The notes under the pieces: model-generated
Databases searched by the model: none
The model's input: the letters and a program-made list of their open reading frames with translations, nothing else
What the model was told of the DNA's origin: nothing
Source of the DNA: Lingula anatina
Lineage: Eukaryota > Animalia > Brachiopoda
Length of the DNA stretch: 64,000 nucleotides
Reading direction: 5' to 3'
Assembly: GCA_051362555.1 (NCBI GenBank)
Contig: CM120640.1
Location: 24,724,225 to 24,788,224 of the forward strand
Position numbers and translations under genes: made by a program
Shown here: positions 30,672-45,600 of the stretch, in pieces
How the letters are laid out: each line of letters starts with the position of its first letter
Position numbering within the stretch: position 1 is the first letter of the stretch

Positions 30672-33600
30672 CATAAATAGAAAATAGAAAAGATGAGATT
30701 TGTAAAGATCTGATATTATTAGCATTTTATAATTCTATAGCAACATTTACAGTTCACAAGGCTGCAGTATGGTTTCAGTCCAGGAAGACACAATAGGAGG
30801 TAGGAAGTGGCTGTTTTTGGAGGAATCTTCCTTTCACAAAAGTACAACGCAGTGTTAGATTTATAGATCCCTTTCCTTGTTCCACAATATCATGTGTTAT
30901 TCTTATCTATAAATATTTGATGGGTGAAAAAAAAACATTCATCACTTGTGCTAATAGCTATTCAGTACTTTTTTTATTCAGTGTTTTATTTTTTATGAAA
31001 ACATTATTAAAGACTTTTATCAAAAGTATTTATGTGACCGATGTGCAACATGCTAATTATTAAATCTGTTCACTTCTAACTTCACTCTCTCTAGACAGAT
31101 TTAGCACTTGTAACAATCCATCTTAATATATCATATGGCGCCCTTGGTGAAAATGTCATCATTAGTATGTTCTCATTGTTCTCTTTCCTTCCCTTATCTC
31201 AAGGCCTCAGGTACTTCCTTTTTAATAACATAACCTGCTTCTTTTAAATATCCCCTTAAACTGTGAACTAAGAGGTAAATAGACCTTGAATGTTACTAGT
31301 TAGAAATATATGGAAAGGCACAATGTCAGAAAGAACTGTTATTTACCATTTTAAAATTCCTTGTGAGCTTGCAATTGATTTATTAGTAGAAAATTTTAAA
31401 GCAACAGTTTCAACAGCGGACTTAGCCACAATTTTTCATAGTTTTGAATTATATATTTATATTCATATATCTAGTTGAGCAGTACTATTAAATATTTAAA
31501 CTTAAGTGCCTCCAAAATGAACCTAGATGCATTGAAACAAATGTGATATTTCAAACTACAGCATATAAGCCCAATCATCAATGTATAATTTGATATCACT
31601 TGCATGTTTGACAGCGCAAAATGCTATTTGTGAGATTAATCATTTTCACAACAATGAGTTACATATCCATTTCCAAGTATTAATAATTACCCTTGTTCTT
31701 TTTCCAAGAAAAAGAAATCAATTACAATACCATTTCAATAAGACAAATATTATATAAGTTGTATGACATCCTGTACCGAAGCAAGATCACTTCAGATTGG
31801 TACCTTGTTAGCACATACAATATGATGCAGTATCACAGCCATACTAATACTGCCACAGGGTCCACAAGTTTGCGAACTTCAAGCTAACACACATTACTGT
31901 CAGGAATACAAAGTCTGGACATGTGTCGCACACACAATCCTAATTAGCTGTAAGTTACCATCATACATGCCATACCTTTCCGACAACACATTTACACTGA
32001 ACAGGTGGAACAATGAACAGATGTCAAGTTGCATCGTTTGGCATAGCACACGCACATACAGCACGTGTCTCGGTGACCATCCATGAAGGGTCAAAGGTAT
32101 AGAGATATTTCAACAACTTAGTACAGAGATATCTATAGGGTGACAACTGGCAGCTGTGGCAATATGGTTAGGCTGGGCTCACCTCCAGTGACACTAAAAA
32201 TTGTTGCTGTGCATAAACAACATGGTGAACTATTTGTATTAGATTGCCTTCAGTTAAAAACACAGCTACACATCTCTACTACTCACTGATGGCAGAAGTC
32301 TGTGTCTTTTGAAAGCAGGAAGAGAAATTCCCCAAAGCCTATTTCTATACTCTTAATGAAAGTCAAATGATGAAAAATACTGAACAGCATTTTGAACTGA
32401 ACCTGTCAAAACTAAAAATAACATTCAGTGGCGGGATACAGAAAAAAAATATATTGCCATTGCCTTATACTGTTGTCAAGCTTGCTTATGAAAAGATGGA
32501 ATGAGCTCCTCCTAAAAGATCAACCATCACGCATATGGACATTGCATAACCTGCAGACTGTATCAGCCTGCTAATCCTGGATTGAGAATTATTATAAATC
32601 ATTTCTCAGACCCCTCTTATTAAACTCCAGCTCTACTTACTTGTGAAGGATGAGGCTGAATATGTGCAAAAGCATGCTCTGGTCGGAAGCTGAATGGGCT
32701 GTTCATGATACTGCGACTGATTGGTGGGGTGTTGGGGGTGCTGGAGGTGCCGCTAAATGATGTGGTTATTGTACTTAATGAGGTCGATGTGGAAGTACTG
32801 CTGGTTCCTCCTGAAAGATGACATGTATTGGATCTTAAGAGATATTCATTATCAACTTCAACTTGAGAGTGAGGTGTTTTAAAACTTAACCCACAGCTTT
32901 TATGTTGTATTTACAATAAATGTACTGCCAGTACAATAATTATCAAAACAATGAAATCAAAACATCATGCATATTACAGTTTTTGTTATGTACTGTAAAT
33001 ATCTTAAGAGATGTAGATAAGTTTTCCTTTTCTACATAAGAGGGGGGATCTTTTTCTTAATTTCATTCAAGTAACATATGCAACTGTAGGCCTATGAATA
33101 TTATTAAGCACAAATATATCAGTCTCCAGCACCCACCTCCAGGCTGCACTGAACTCTGACCATCTGCTGTCCTTATAGCCACAGGCCTGGCCACTGGAGG
33201 GGGAGGGGGAGGGGGCAACATCCCCGGGGTGTAGAAGTGGGGGAGTTTGTTGGGACTCTTCAAGGAGGCTTGGGGTGGTGAACTGTTGGCCTAGAAAAAA
33301 ATTAATATTTCATCATTATGAGATTTGATCATTTTCAAAATTAATGATACAGATACTGCTTAACATTTTGTAAGTTAAATTTTTTTCTGACCCCAGAATT
33401 CAAAACTATGGCCAGAAAATTGTAGTAATTTTTTTTTTTTTTTTTTGAACTGCCAAAGTGTCTATTTCAATGAAGGTTGTATCATGAAATTGAAATCGAA
33501 TTTAAAGACAACCCGTGTTAAATACTTCTACTCATAGCTGTATATATGGCTCCAGAAAACGGTTTAAACCAATTTCCCAATCACAGCAAAAAGTAATGCA

Positions 33601-36600
33601 ATTCAGCTGACCTGATTTTGTGCAGTATGGGTCTCCTGACACACCAAGTTGACAAAATCAGTTAAAGTATCACTGTTTTGTTGACTGAACTTTAAGTTTC
33701 CACTCTGAGGCATTGGCATAGGCCTCATACCACCTGAAACAATAAAAGGATCTAATAAGGCATGCAGAAAGGTATCCCTGCACCCAAGGCACAGCTTCTA
33801 TTCTATTTTTTTTACATTTAAATTTTATTTGAGGCTACAGAAAATAAAATTTTGCAAATCTCATATAAAACCACTGCTTCTGTCCTCTTATTAAAATGCA
33901 CTAAGAAATGAATAGGTATTTACCTCTATGTAAACCATTTTCATTCAAATTTTGATTACAACTTCAAGTTTGTTAAAATGAGAATCTCATTTCAGTGAAA
34001 ATTATTTAGCAAACCTTCAAAGTTTGCCAATATTGTTTACATAATATCTCATTAACCCGGTCAAATTAAGAAACATAACAACACGCATTCACATAAATTG
34101 TTTCCTCCCCGAGTCACATGGCCGCCATTAAACCAACAGAGGCTCAAAACCAGCCTCATCATTGAAAAAAAAAACGCTACACATTAACCGACACAAGTCA
34201 CGTCGCAACGAAATTTAAAGGAAAAAATTCTGCTGTTTGGTGCTGAATTTTCAAGTAATCCCAGTACATGCCTTGTCCACGGGCGGGATGAGTTTGCTGC
34301 TGTGCCTGCACACCTGGTGTGTGGTTGCTCATGGGTCTCGGTGGGGTTGGCACGTGAGGTGGCTGAGTAGCCGAGGAAACAGCAGTGAAACTACTCCCAC
34401 CGCCTCCATCTGCTTTCATATTTCCAGAGTGGATCACATGGGGGGAGTGCATAGCAGGACTGTGCGTCATGGTGCCTGAAGTGAAAAGAAAGGGGAAAAA
34501 ATAATCAATACAAATAATTTGAAATGTTTTTGAGATAAAAAAAGAATCCTTCAAACACATCTATTTTAGACTGAAAAAAACTTGTAACCAAAGCCTCAAA
34601 AATATGGGATCCATATGTTTAAATTTTGTCCTGGAGCACAAAAAAAATACATGTCACCCCTCCATTAATTTTACTTTTCTTTCCCTGGACTCCACATATC
34701 TAGGTCTTATTGATACATCTTTCCTAGACAGACAGGAGCAATATTTGCCATTGCTAATAAAAACTAAAATAGCCCATAATGAGAAGATGAACATTAAGAT
34801 ATGTGCCTTCATTCCAGTGAATAGAACTGCCTTATCAAATGCACCACATTTGAGGGAAAACTTGTGATGGATAAACTTGTGTAATTAGCAAGGCAATGAT
34901 AAAAGAGATTCTAAAAGCTAACCTGTATGTACTGCCTGAGTTTCAAAACTCAGAAGCAGAACAAGGCAACAGGGTTTGACATCAACCCATCAATTTAGGG
35001 TCCCTCATCAACTATGAAAAGGCTCTGAACATGGACAAATAATGCAACAGGAGACCACAAAAAAGTTGAATCTAATCACACTAGGAAATGGAAAGCACTT
35101 CATTAATCAGTCTAAAGACACACCATTGGCCCCTATCCACCAGATCAATGGTCAGTCCAAAGTTTTCTTATGGAAGAGCAAATTAAACAGATAGCCAGCA
35201 TAAGATGTAGACGAGTACAGGATAATATTAAAGTACATCACTTGTAATGAGAGAAAGAGAGAGAGAGAGAGAGAGAGGAAAAGAAATGTGATGTAACATA
35301 CTGGCCATCTATTGATGACATGACATCCCAGGTTGATGAAAAATAGTTTTAAGAGAAGCAGTAAAAAAGCGATCTATTATAACCAAACATTTCCCTGTTC
35401 AAGGTTGTTGTGTACATTTTGCAACATTTCTAGTATGCTGACAACAATATTTAACACCAAATGCCAAAGTTGACATTTCATAAAGATTGCAAAGCCTGCA
35501 TTCCAATGTTTAGTTGTAGTACCAGCTATAAACCACTTCCTATTCCCTACCAGACATGATTATTAAAACACCTTACAACTTCTTGCAAGAAAACACAATA
35601 TTGCACACCAATTTTTAAGGGAAAAACATTACTTACCCGGGTCAATACTATGATCGCTATGCCAGCTCCCAGTCTGGCTAGCAGGGGATTTCCCGTAGAT
35701 GTTCATGTTCTCGTTCTCATCCCCCATACTTTCTACTTCATCATCGACTGACGACATGGAGTTTGCAAATCTTTGCCGTTTTGTCCGTGACGGACTTAAT
35801 GCTGGCTGTCCATTGGGCAGTCTTCTCATCCCCGCCACTGCTGGGGACATCAGCTGAGAACTCATGCTAAAGTTCTGGTAATAGCTGGGTGTCTCCATCT
35901 GTCCAGGGAGACTGAGAGGTGGAGGCTTACCACTGGAGTTGGGATCCACAATTGATGCTAAAAATGTTCAATAAGCAACTTTAAGCTAAGCAACTAAAAA
36001 ATTCCTTTAAAACTTTTAAAATTCAATAACTTTTAAGTTTTTGTGCAATTTAAAGTTTGGTTTATCATTTATTCATAAAAAAAATTTTCAAAAATTCAAA
36101 AAAGATTTTTTTTTGTCTTGTATTGCTCAGTGTAACCATTGTAGTCAGCATGTAGTTCTGTCAAACACTATTTTTATTGTTGTTTTCATCAACACGCTAT
36201 CTGAGCTTCATATACGTACAGCAAGGCATGCCTAAATTGCAAACATTCATTGGCCTCTTTGAAACCCTGACCCTATCTCAGCCACAGATAGCTAGTGTTT
36301 TGCTTCAGGTATCCAAACTATTTTCCACCTGCCAATTTGTGCCTGACCCAACTACCACCACTTAACAAGGCTTCATATGCAGCTCAAATAATCTAACAAA
36401 TGGTCAAGGCTTTAATTGTATTTATGCACAGTTACTGAAGTCAAACAATTATTATTACAAGACCACCTTATTTTGTAAACAAATATCTGTAGAGGGTTAT
36501 TCATACAAGTAAAAAAAGTTGTGAGATACTGTTATCTGAGTATTAGAGCACTTAATGTGCAAAGATATTCAGTTCAAATATTTCCAAAATTCAAAATGTG

Positions 36601-39600
36601 CTTTCATAAAAGCAACAAGGTGTATGTTTCATTAATTTTACCTGTCAGGCAATAAATCAGCGGGTTCTTTGTATTCAATGAGGGAATTACCAATAATAAG
36701 TACTGGGATCATACATTTTTAATTCTCTATTTGTCTTTTGTTGCTTTCAATTTGTCTGGTCACATTAAACCATAATTAAGTAATCATTCCTGACCTGCAG
36801 TTTCGTGTTACTACTGCTTAAATCAACTGCTAAGTCTGTCTGAAAACACGCCAAATGTGTGGTATTGCGAAGATTATGTAGGGCTTGACCCCACATTGAT
36901 CTAAAATGTAATCCACATAAGGTTTCAAAACCGAATAAATTGGATTAAAACAATAAGGCACCTTTCCATCAAAACTAACTAGGCAACTTTTTCCAGAAAT
37001 AAGTAAAAAAAAAATCATATGAAAATTAGGAACAGTTACAATTAACTATAAAGTATTATAGGGGTCTTTTATTCAAGAAAATACTTCCCGGTTTGTAAGA
37101 CAGCATTTCCTTTTCCATAGCCAGTCTTCAATGGTTGGTAATGCACTTGTAACAAATATCATTTTACTAGCAGAACAATTTTTGTCTTTTAGCCGGGGCT
37201 TTATGAAGTGAGCTAGCTTTTTCTCCTCTTGCTCTATTTATCTGTCTGCTTTCTTATCTCTTCCCAATTATTTCCACAAGCCCTTAAAGAAACAACAGTG
37301 TTATTTCATACCACAGAATTATCACTTTTGAAAAGTCTCATTCTCTGAGTAAAAAAAAACCCTCCCCCCTCCCCCTCCCCACTAGGCAGGTAATCAGTAA
37401 TCTTCCCCTGCAAGTTGGAAGAGATAGATGCTTGTGGAAGGTCAGGCCCAGACAGTAAATAAATATGATTCCCAATATGTAGGCTTGATAATGGGTTTAG
37501 TTTACACTGCTGTTGGAACCCCCAATGGTTGTAGCTGTACATCTTACCAGTCTGTTTTGGCAGCAGACTATTTGCCCGACTTGGATGAGGTTAAAGAAAG
37601 CCTATTACCAGTTTGCAAGTATTACCCTTCATAAAACAATCTATAAAATGAGTACAAGAACTTCCATTTTCACTGCTTTTTTGATAGGTACCAGAAAATA
37701 TTAAATATCTTTTTTTTACACCAAAGACAGTGAGGTAGATGATAGTGTGTCTATAACAAGACCTGACTAAACACATTTTCCTCCCACACGAAAGTCTCAA
37801 CTCAACTGCACACAGCCATTTTAGGTAGCTACGATGTAGATGCTGTAATTTACCATGTCGCACTTCAAACACGTACTTCCAAATCAACTGCATATGCACA
37901 AGACTGGGATGGTTCTGAATGTTATTTACTTTTGAGCAAAAAAACAGGTTGCAAATTTACAAAAACAGGAGTACAGAAAAACTCTTGCTGCAAGCATTTT
38001 TCTTCAACCAATCAAACCCAGAGAAAAAAATTTCCATGCAGGGTAACGTAATTATACAACAACCTTCTCCGTCTCTCTCAGCATTGGTTTTATTTTGCCA
38101 CAGTTTGAAACGCTGATTCAATTTTGTTTGTACCTGTCGAAATAAGGTGACAGGGCCCACAAAATTAACATACTACCTCATTCTGATGAGGGAAGAAACA
38201 AGAACAATTAGTTTCCCATGTACTGAGAAAACATGTAACCAAACATAAATTGAGGCAAATTATCTTTCTTGGGCTTTTAACTCTAAAAAATTAAGTGCAA
38301 GTGAAATATAAGACACAAGATCAGCATTAACTGCATTCCATGTTTCCCAAACAACAACTAAGTCTCAGCATATGAGATTGGTTAGACTGAAATGAGCTGA
38401 CAATGGAATGCAGATCTTATTGCCTTTTTCATAAAAAAACTTGTAAACTAAAACCCTAGAAAAACCTAAGGCCTTTTGTCTTCACCAGACAAAAGTAAAA
38501 GACATAACAATAATAATATTAAGCTTCTTGCGTTCTATTTTTTTTTTCTTTTTTGCCTATGCTCAACATTTCTCCACAATCTTTTAGAAGCTTATTTTAT
38601 TCAAAACTCACTACAAAACCTATCCACTAATATGACTGAAATGTAAGTTCTATTTTCCAACTTTCTACCAAATGATACACATTAATTTCATCCTAAATTT
38701 CTAATGAACTATTCTGAATTACTGGAGTTTTACTACTTCCAATATAACTTCATTTCTGGTTTATCATGTTATAGCTTTCATTCTATCTATGTAGGATGTA
38801 GTAAGGTTTTTTGGAAGTTCTCCTCAATGTCATTCCGCAATTTCAAAAGTGAACAACCACAAAAATCTAGCTTTTATATTAATTGCTTCACTTGTAACAT
38901 TATCTTACTGAATTTAAATCTTTCTTGTCGTGAATCCATTTGTTAACATTTTTAAATGATTGTCAAATCTTACAGAAAGTAACCACAAAACAGATGGCTG
39001 GTAGTTGAAAAGATCTTTTCACAGAATAGTTGAACCACAAGTTGCAAAACTGATAATTTTTTTTTTCTTTTTTTTTCCTTTACTTTTTAGATACATGACA
39101 TGTTATTTATGTGGTCTTTTCTAAGAATTTTGATGCATTTTTATTTGGTGCTATTCAAGACTTGTAATTCATCTTGCACATGCCTTTTCTTGCCTGCCCA
39201 TTTTTTTTATTTTTATACATCCTTTTGTGTATCCTCAGCCTTTTGGTGACCATAAGGCATTTTAAATTGTTAAAAGCCCTTAAAAAGTAGTTCAAGAGGC
39301 CAAAACCCTTCTTAATTTGCTTTCAAAACTGTGTGAAAGAATTCCTCTGATACTACATTTTTTCACAAGAACATTGGGGAATACTACAGCAGACAAGACA
39401 ATACTTATGCACAAACCTTTTTTTTAAATAAAAAGGGTAAAATATTATCTATGACAGGTTTGGAAAAATGGGACAGCAGACTAATTTTAACACTTGGCTC
39501 AAATTTCTTTTTCAGGATAACAAAAGTTTTAAATTAAAATTAAAAAAAAAAACATTATTTTTAATTTACATGGAAGGTTATGTCAAGGTTTTAGATTTCT

Positions 39601-42600
39601 GAACAGCCTCAAGGCTAGAAATAACGTACATAAAAAAATTAAGAGCATCCGCATACGCAAAGCTTGTACAAGGAAATATCATTTATTCCACAATACTCCA
39701 AACAATGTGTCTGTGTCAAACCACACCTTGGGGCTAGAGAAAAGTTGTTGTTTCTAGCTTCTGGCGATCCTTCCCAACTACCTTTGTGCCCACGATTAAG
39801 TGAACCTTTAACTCAGAGGCCCATCATATAATCACACCTGGATTCTACCTTCATGCGTCAAAGACTAATCACTCATTCTCGGCGGCAACCCTTACCACTG
39901 GCACTCCGCACCAAACAGTCATTAAAACAATTGAGATGTCACCCCAAACACAGTTGGCTTCAGGCTACAGTATTCTGATTAAAGAGAATATCATTTTGGG
40001 GACTGATCAGAATAGTTAATGGGGTGGACTGAAAGGAAACTCCTTGATCTTTTTTTGTAAGAGGTAACAGTACTGCAAGGTCTGAAAGATGTTAAGGGTG
40101 GGCACAAAGAAAATAATGAAAATTTTCTTTTTGTGTTTTATCCTCATAAGCACACCTGGTGAACAAATAAAATGTATATCATAGTACTTTCTCCATTACA
40201 TTAATTTCTGCAGCGTCACTTCCTCAAGTCTATCCTCGATAAAAAGGAAGAAGACCTCAGCAAAGGGCACAGGTTTTCCTCATTCCAGATCAGTAATATA
40301 CATTGATGCAACAGCCGTCAGACAATTAGATTTCTGGGCAGTGGTAAATTGATTGGGTTCATCCCACATACAGTCCAGGTCAGTGAAGTGTTAGCAAACG
40401 AAGCGTCAAACACAGTTGATTTCAACTAATTACTCTCCCCTGTGGCAAAAACCTCAGTTCAAAGTGTTAAAGAGTGTAATTACTTCGAAATAAGTTTTGT
40501 TCCTTTGAGTACAAACTTCATTTTTTTCTTGAGTCTTCTTGACAATACCATCATCACCTCTTGAAAAAAATATTAAAAAAAGGCGAGCAAAGCTAACTTT
40601 TTTCTTCTTTACACAATATCCTTGAAAGCATGTTAAATCAGTAAACCAAAGAGTCCACGTCCCCTTTTTTGTTAACTATACATGAATGTTAAACAATTCT
40701 GGCACGTAGCAAATAATTAATGTCAATTTTGATTTCTTTCCACCTACTGCTTATCACTTCACTCTTCCACTAAATTATATCTGACAGCAACCTCATATCT
40801 ATTTGTTAGTGGCAGTCATAAAATGGAGCATTGATATGTACGTAAATATGATGTCAGAAACAGTGGAAGAAAGATCAGTCAGTTATTAATGTGTGTATAA
40901 AAGTCTAATGACTGGCAGGATAAGGAAAAGATCATATGCCAATAATTCACTCCAACCAGAAACAAATGAGGTGGGGTCAGCCACAATCACCTACATATGT
41001 TTTGAAGCATACTTATGAAAAATAGCAGGAAAATGTGTTATGATAGCGTGGTTAACATGGTAATTTTAGCACCAAGATATAGGAGGAACAAAGATAGCAC
41101 TGTATCTCTACAATATTTGGTTTCCTTTATGTAATACCAACTTTTCAGAATAAAATCTACTTCAGCCATGTGCTTTTGTTTTTTAGTTATGGTATCTTCT
41201 TTCTCTTTATTTACTTTCTTCTCAAGACAAAAATTTTTTTTAATGCAACCATTTATATTCTTACTTTTTCTAATCACCTGTTTTGTGGCACAAATACAAA
41301 GTTTGATGTTTCTGAAAATTAATTGACTTACTTCTTGTGATTCTGAGAAGCTCTCTTGCAGAAAATACCCCAGTGGCAGAAATACTGTCATTGCCGGACA
41401 CGCCAGAATGGATGTTGCCTGGAACTAAACACAAAACCACAATTAATCAAAAACGGAATTTGGAGAACATAAACTCTTAACCTCTTTCTTTTTCAATTTT
41501 TGTCTTTTTTTTGTGCCACAAAATAAAAAATCAGGACTTCCTCTTTAAAAAGGGTTTTCAACCACCACCATGGGATGAACAGAGTAAACCTAATGGACAC
41601 TGTCAACAATTTAGAATATTACATTTCAAGATAATTATTATTTTTATTTCTGTGACAGTTTAAGATTTCTATCACCTCCAGAAGCACCAGTGTGAACAAA
41701 TATGGCATTCTATTGATCTGCAAAGAGAAGAGTCCATAATCTTATTGGTAATTCTCTATCAGTAAATTTAGGAGTCTAAAGTCAATAAAACACAACAAAG
41801 AGAGGGACATAAGATTGCATGCACATCGCTACAAAGCCTCAAACAAACATTTGGAAAGAGAAAGGTCAAAATCCACTTGGGGATCAATGACTCTTCAATA
41901 GTTAATATTTGCCTTTTTCCCCTGAACCGTACGGCTCTTTACTTGATTACAAAGCCCACATAGGGTGAGCTTCGGCTCTCAGGAGTCCTGTTCTACTCGA
42001 TTAACTGGAGAAAACATATTAAATATTACTTTTAGTTCACAGGGTTAAATGCTTTCAGAAAGATTTCTTTCTGTCTTCTTCATTACTTTGACTATTATGG
42101 AACTCAGCATGTTGAGTCATCCTACCGCAGAGCCCAGCGACATGTGACCTCAGATGTAATTTACTTTCTGCTGTAACTGTCCCTTCTTTTATCATTAGTT
42201 TTGATGGACTATCCATTGTATAGATAGATCTTCTGCCACAATATACAAATGATTAGCTAGATAATCTATAAACTAAGGTCTGTGGACAAATTAGATTGCT
42301 CTAGGTCAAGTGTAGGTTAAATCTATTTATTGTTTATATCACATCGACAATGACAGCATGATTTATCAATGCAGCATGCTTGAGCGTGCAGCTCAAATGT
42401 CTTCCCTCGCACTGAAGGCTTACATGACTTTTACTCATACTTTAACAAGACAAAAAGAGATATTAATTACACAGGACAGATGTGGAAATAAATAAGGGCA
42501 TACAAAATTGATTTTAAAAATTTCAAACCATGCAAAAAGAAAGAAAGCAAAAAAGAAGCCAAAACTGAGAGAATGCAAGTCATTTTCTGCTGAATACTTC

Positions 42601-45600
42601 ATGGGGCATGCATCAGGAAGTGGATCAGCAAAAATGAAATCGGAAAAATAGTCGAGATGAAAATATACCTTTTACATCCTGCTCCTCAGCCATATTAAAA
42701 ACTGTGTAATCTCTTGGAACTAAAATGAGAAAATAAATGAAACCAATACATTTTGTGAAGCATTTATGCATTAGCTGTGCAAAATATAGAAATAAAATGT
42801 CAAAAACATTTGTGAACATGTAGATACCTGTCAACTAAAGTGCTTGTGCTTTGCTACAATTAAGCTTTCCCTCATTCAAAAATTTTGCCATAATTGTAAT
42901 GATAAAAAAATGTTTTTCTTTTTTAAAAAAAACATTAACCGTTCTGTTCTTTTTTGCTACTTCACAAAATTTGGATGACATTTTTAGTCTGATCACTCTG
43001 CAAATAAGGGATAATTATTTACGATTACTTTAATACAAAAACATTCTACATAAATGGATGTTTTTGGTCACCAAAACATAATCACACTAATTACAGATTA
43101 TTTTTTGTGTTGCTAATTCTTGTAATGAGGGGTAATTTCAGAACAACTATGTTACATAAGCTACATAATTATAATTAACTCAGATCAGGATTTATTTTTG
43201 GCTGACGAAGAAACAAGTTGGGGAAAATTCTACTAAGGATTTGATGTCACACATCATTAGTTAGGGCCACCTTGCAAAAACTGGGTATCAGAAAAATTGA
43301 TTTTCCTATGGATAACATGACAAGGAAGTCCTGCCTTTTCAAGCATAAACCCATTTAACCCAACTTAATGCCTGGCAGAACAAGCTTTCATATCAACATT
43401 CAAATTGTTTCCTTTATTTTCCTAACTGAAAAGAAAACCATAAAAACATACAAAGTTTCAGTTCATCTAGCATCCACTCTCCCATTTCGAGAACATGTTA
43501 AAATAATAAAGTGCGTGACATCAGGACACTAAGTTTCTCCAAACCAGTGCACTTACTACCCATAAAACAATTTCCAACATATAATACAAGGAAAATAAGA
43601 CAACTTACCATAACTGTGAATAAAGTTGGCCAGATAAAGATCCAATTCCCTCACAGTGACACTTATATGATGTGGGTTGACACACAACTGTGGGTTCATA
43701 CACTCTGGTGACTTTTCCAGTCTTTCTCCGTCTGTGCTTTCCAGCGGGATAGCTTTGAACAAAATCACCATAACCAAGTCCAGTCGCCATACTTTATCTG
43801 CCTGACGAAGGCAGTCAATTCTTCTCATTTTCCCCTTCTGATCGGGGTTACTCATGACACACGATGGAGGTCGTTTCCCTGTAATACTGAGTACAAAATC
43901 TTCTCTGTACTCTTGAGTGATGTCCTTTCGTAATTTTGCAAGAAGCCTGGAGGCCCATTTCTGTTTAACTTCAGGTTTTTCACTCTGAAAAAAAAAGTTT
44001 AATGTTTTTTTTTTCTGTACAATACCAAATAAGCCATCCAAAAAGATCTAATAGTATTTCATTCATATTTTCTTAAAAATCGCAAAGCAAGCAGAAAGAC
44101 CAAAAGGACTAAAGCAATTATGGATTTTTCACTTCACAGCAACAAAAATGTTTTCTGGAAGTTGTTAAGAAGCAGGATTTTTTAATGATTACTTTCTTTC
44201 ATTTCTAAAGGAACCTTATGGTAACATAGTGCTGTATTATTTCTTAGATGTGGAATTTTTTATTGAAGTGGTAAAAATTTTATTTATCAACAGCACAAGT
44301 TCTTTCTGCACTGAGCTACAAAATGACATTCAAGACCAATTAAATCAAACTAGTAAAATTTTGGCTTTTAGCTTTAACTTTACAAGTTTATTATAACATA
44401 ATCAATTACTTTTAAACTATAAATTCTTAAAGCAGTTATCATGAATTTGAAAATTTTTCAAATTTTGTGCAAGTTTGCACACAAAATCATTTCTCTTTTT
44501 GCAACTTCATTAATCTGTTATAGAGAGATATACACTTATCACTCATACTTCTTTTGTACGCCGAAAAATTGAGTACTGAAAGCCTTCACTTCTTTAAAGT
44601 GGAAAATTAGTGCAATTCATTTAAATGTTTTTTTCACAGACCACTGCTCATTTCTCTTTTTCAGAACCAAAATCTATTAATTTACACTGTCCCATATCAA
44701 CCTTTAAACCATCTCAAAACAGGTAATCTATTCAATTTTTCACTGTGTGAATGCACAAATCAAATAAGTCCCCTTTCCTAGTTATATCCAAGAGGGTTAC
44801 TGACATTAAGCTTAGAGAAGACCTACAGCCTATGCAAACTCGGTAAAGGCTTTAAAAAAATAATATTCCCACAAGGCTGATCCAAAAAGTTTCTAAATCT
44901 GATTCATTTATGTGCAGTCTTTGTGCTTTAAATGTAACACTCTTCTTTTGTTGCCCAGTTCTCAAATATAATTTAAAAAGCCCATTGGGAAACCTTTGGA
45001 CCTTGAAATACTTTTACCTAATGTATTAAAGTTCTTGATTCTTTAAAGATATGAAATTCCTAGATGAAACAGAAGAATCTCAAATTTAATCAAGAATGAA
45101 AAAGAACTCAAGAGAGCTCTTGTTGAACCAATAAATGGACAGCTAGCCTGAATTTTTCCTTTAAAAACCTGGTAAAAATCTTTTTTAAGTTGTCGAAAGC
45201 GTGGTTAAAATTTACGAGTTAAGTAATGTTAAACTACAGTCACCTTTGTCCAATTTTTTTTTTTTCGCATGGTACTCAAAGATATGAAAGTTAAATGTTC
45301 AGCCAGAATGTATAATAATTCAAAGATAATCCAAAAGATTTACGTGTCATCTTTTTTCTTCATATTAAAATTAAAATTCTTTCATGTTAACAAACGCTTA
45401 CCTGTAGTTCCTCCTTAACCCTCCGTTCTTCATCCATAGACATGCGCTTTTCATATTTTTTGTAGTATTTTCTCTTGGCTGCTTGCAGGTTGAACCATGT
45501 GTAGGAGAATGCCTTCACATGAGGCAGAAGTGCCTCGATGAAGGGATGAAATTCATCCTGAAAAACGGACATAAATGAAGAAATAACACGTCTTACTATC

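Noticed and set aside
30501-30725. 74-aa ORF with IYIYIY/ERERER
   Set aside because: Translation of a microsatellite
37730-37770. TGAGGTAG let-7 seed-like start with a weak stem
   Set aside because: Remainder does not match let-7 and the stem is too short and poorly paired
39782-40110. 12-bp inverted pair CTTTGTGCCCAC/GTGGGCACAAAG about 320 bp apart
   Set aside because: Too short, with no TSD or extended arms; may be chance
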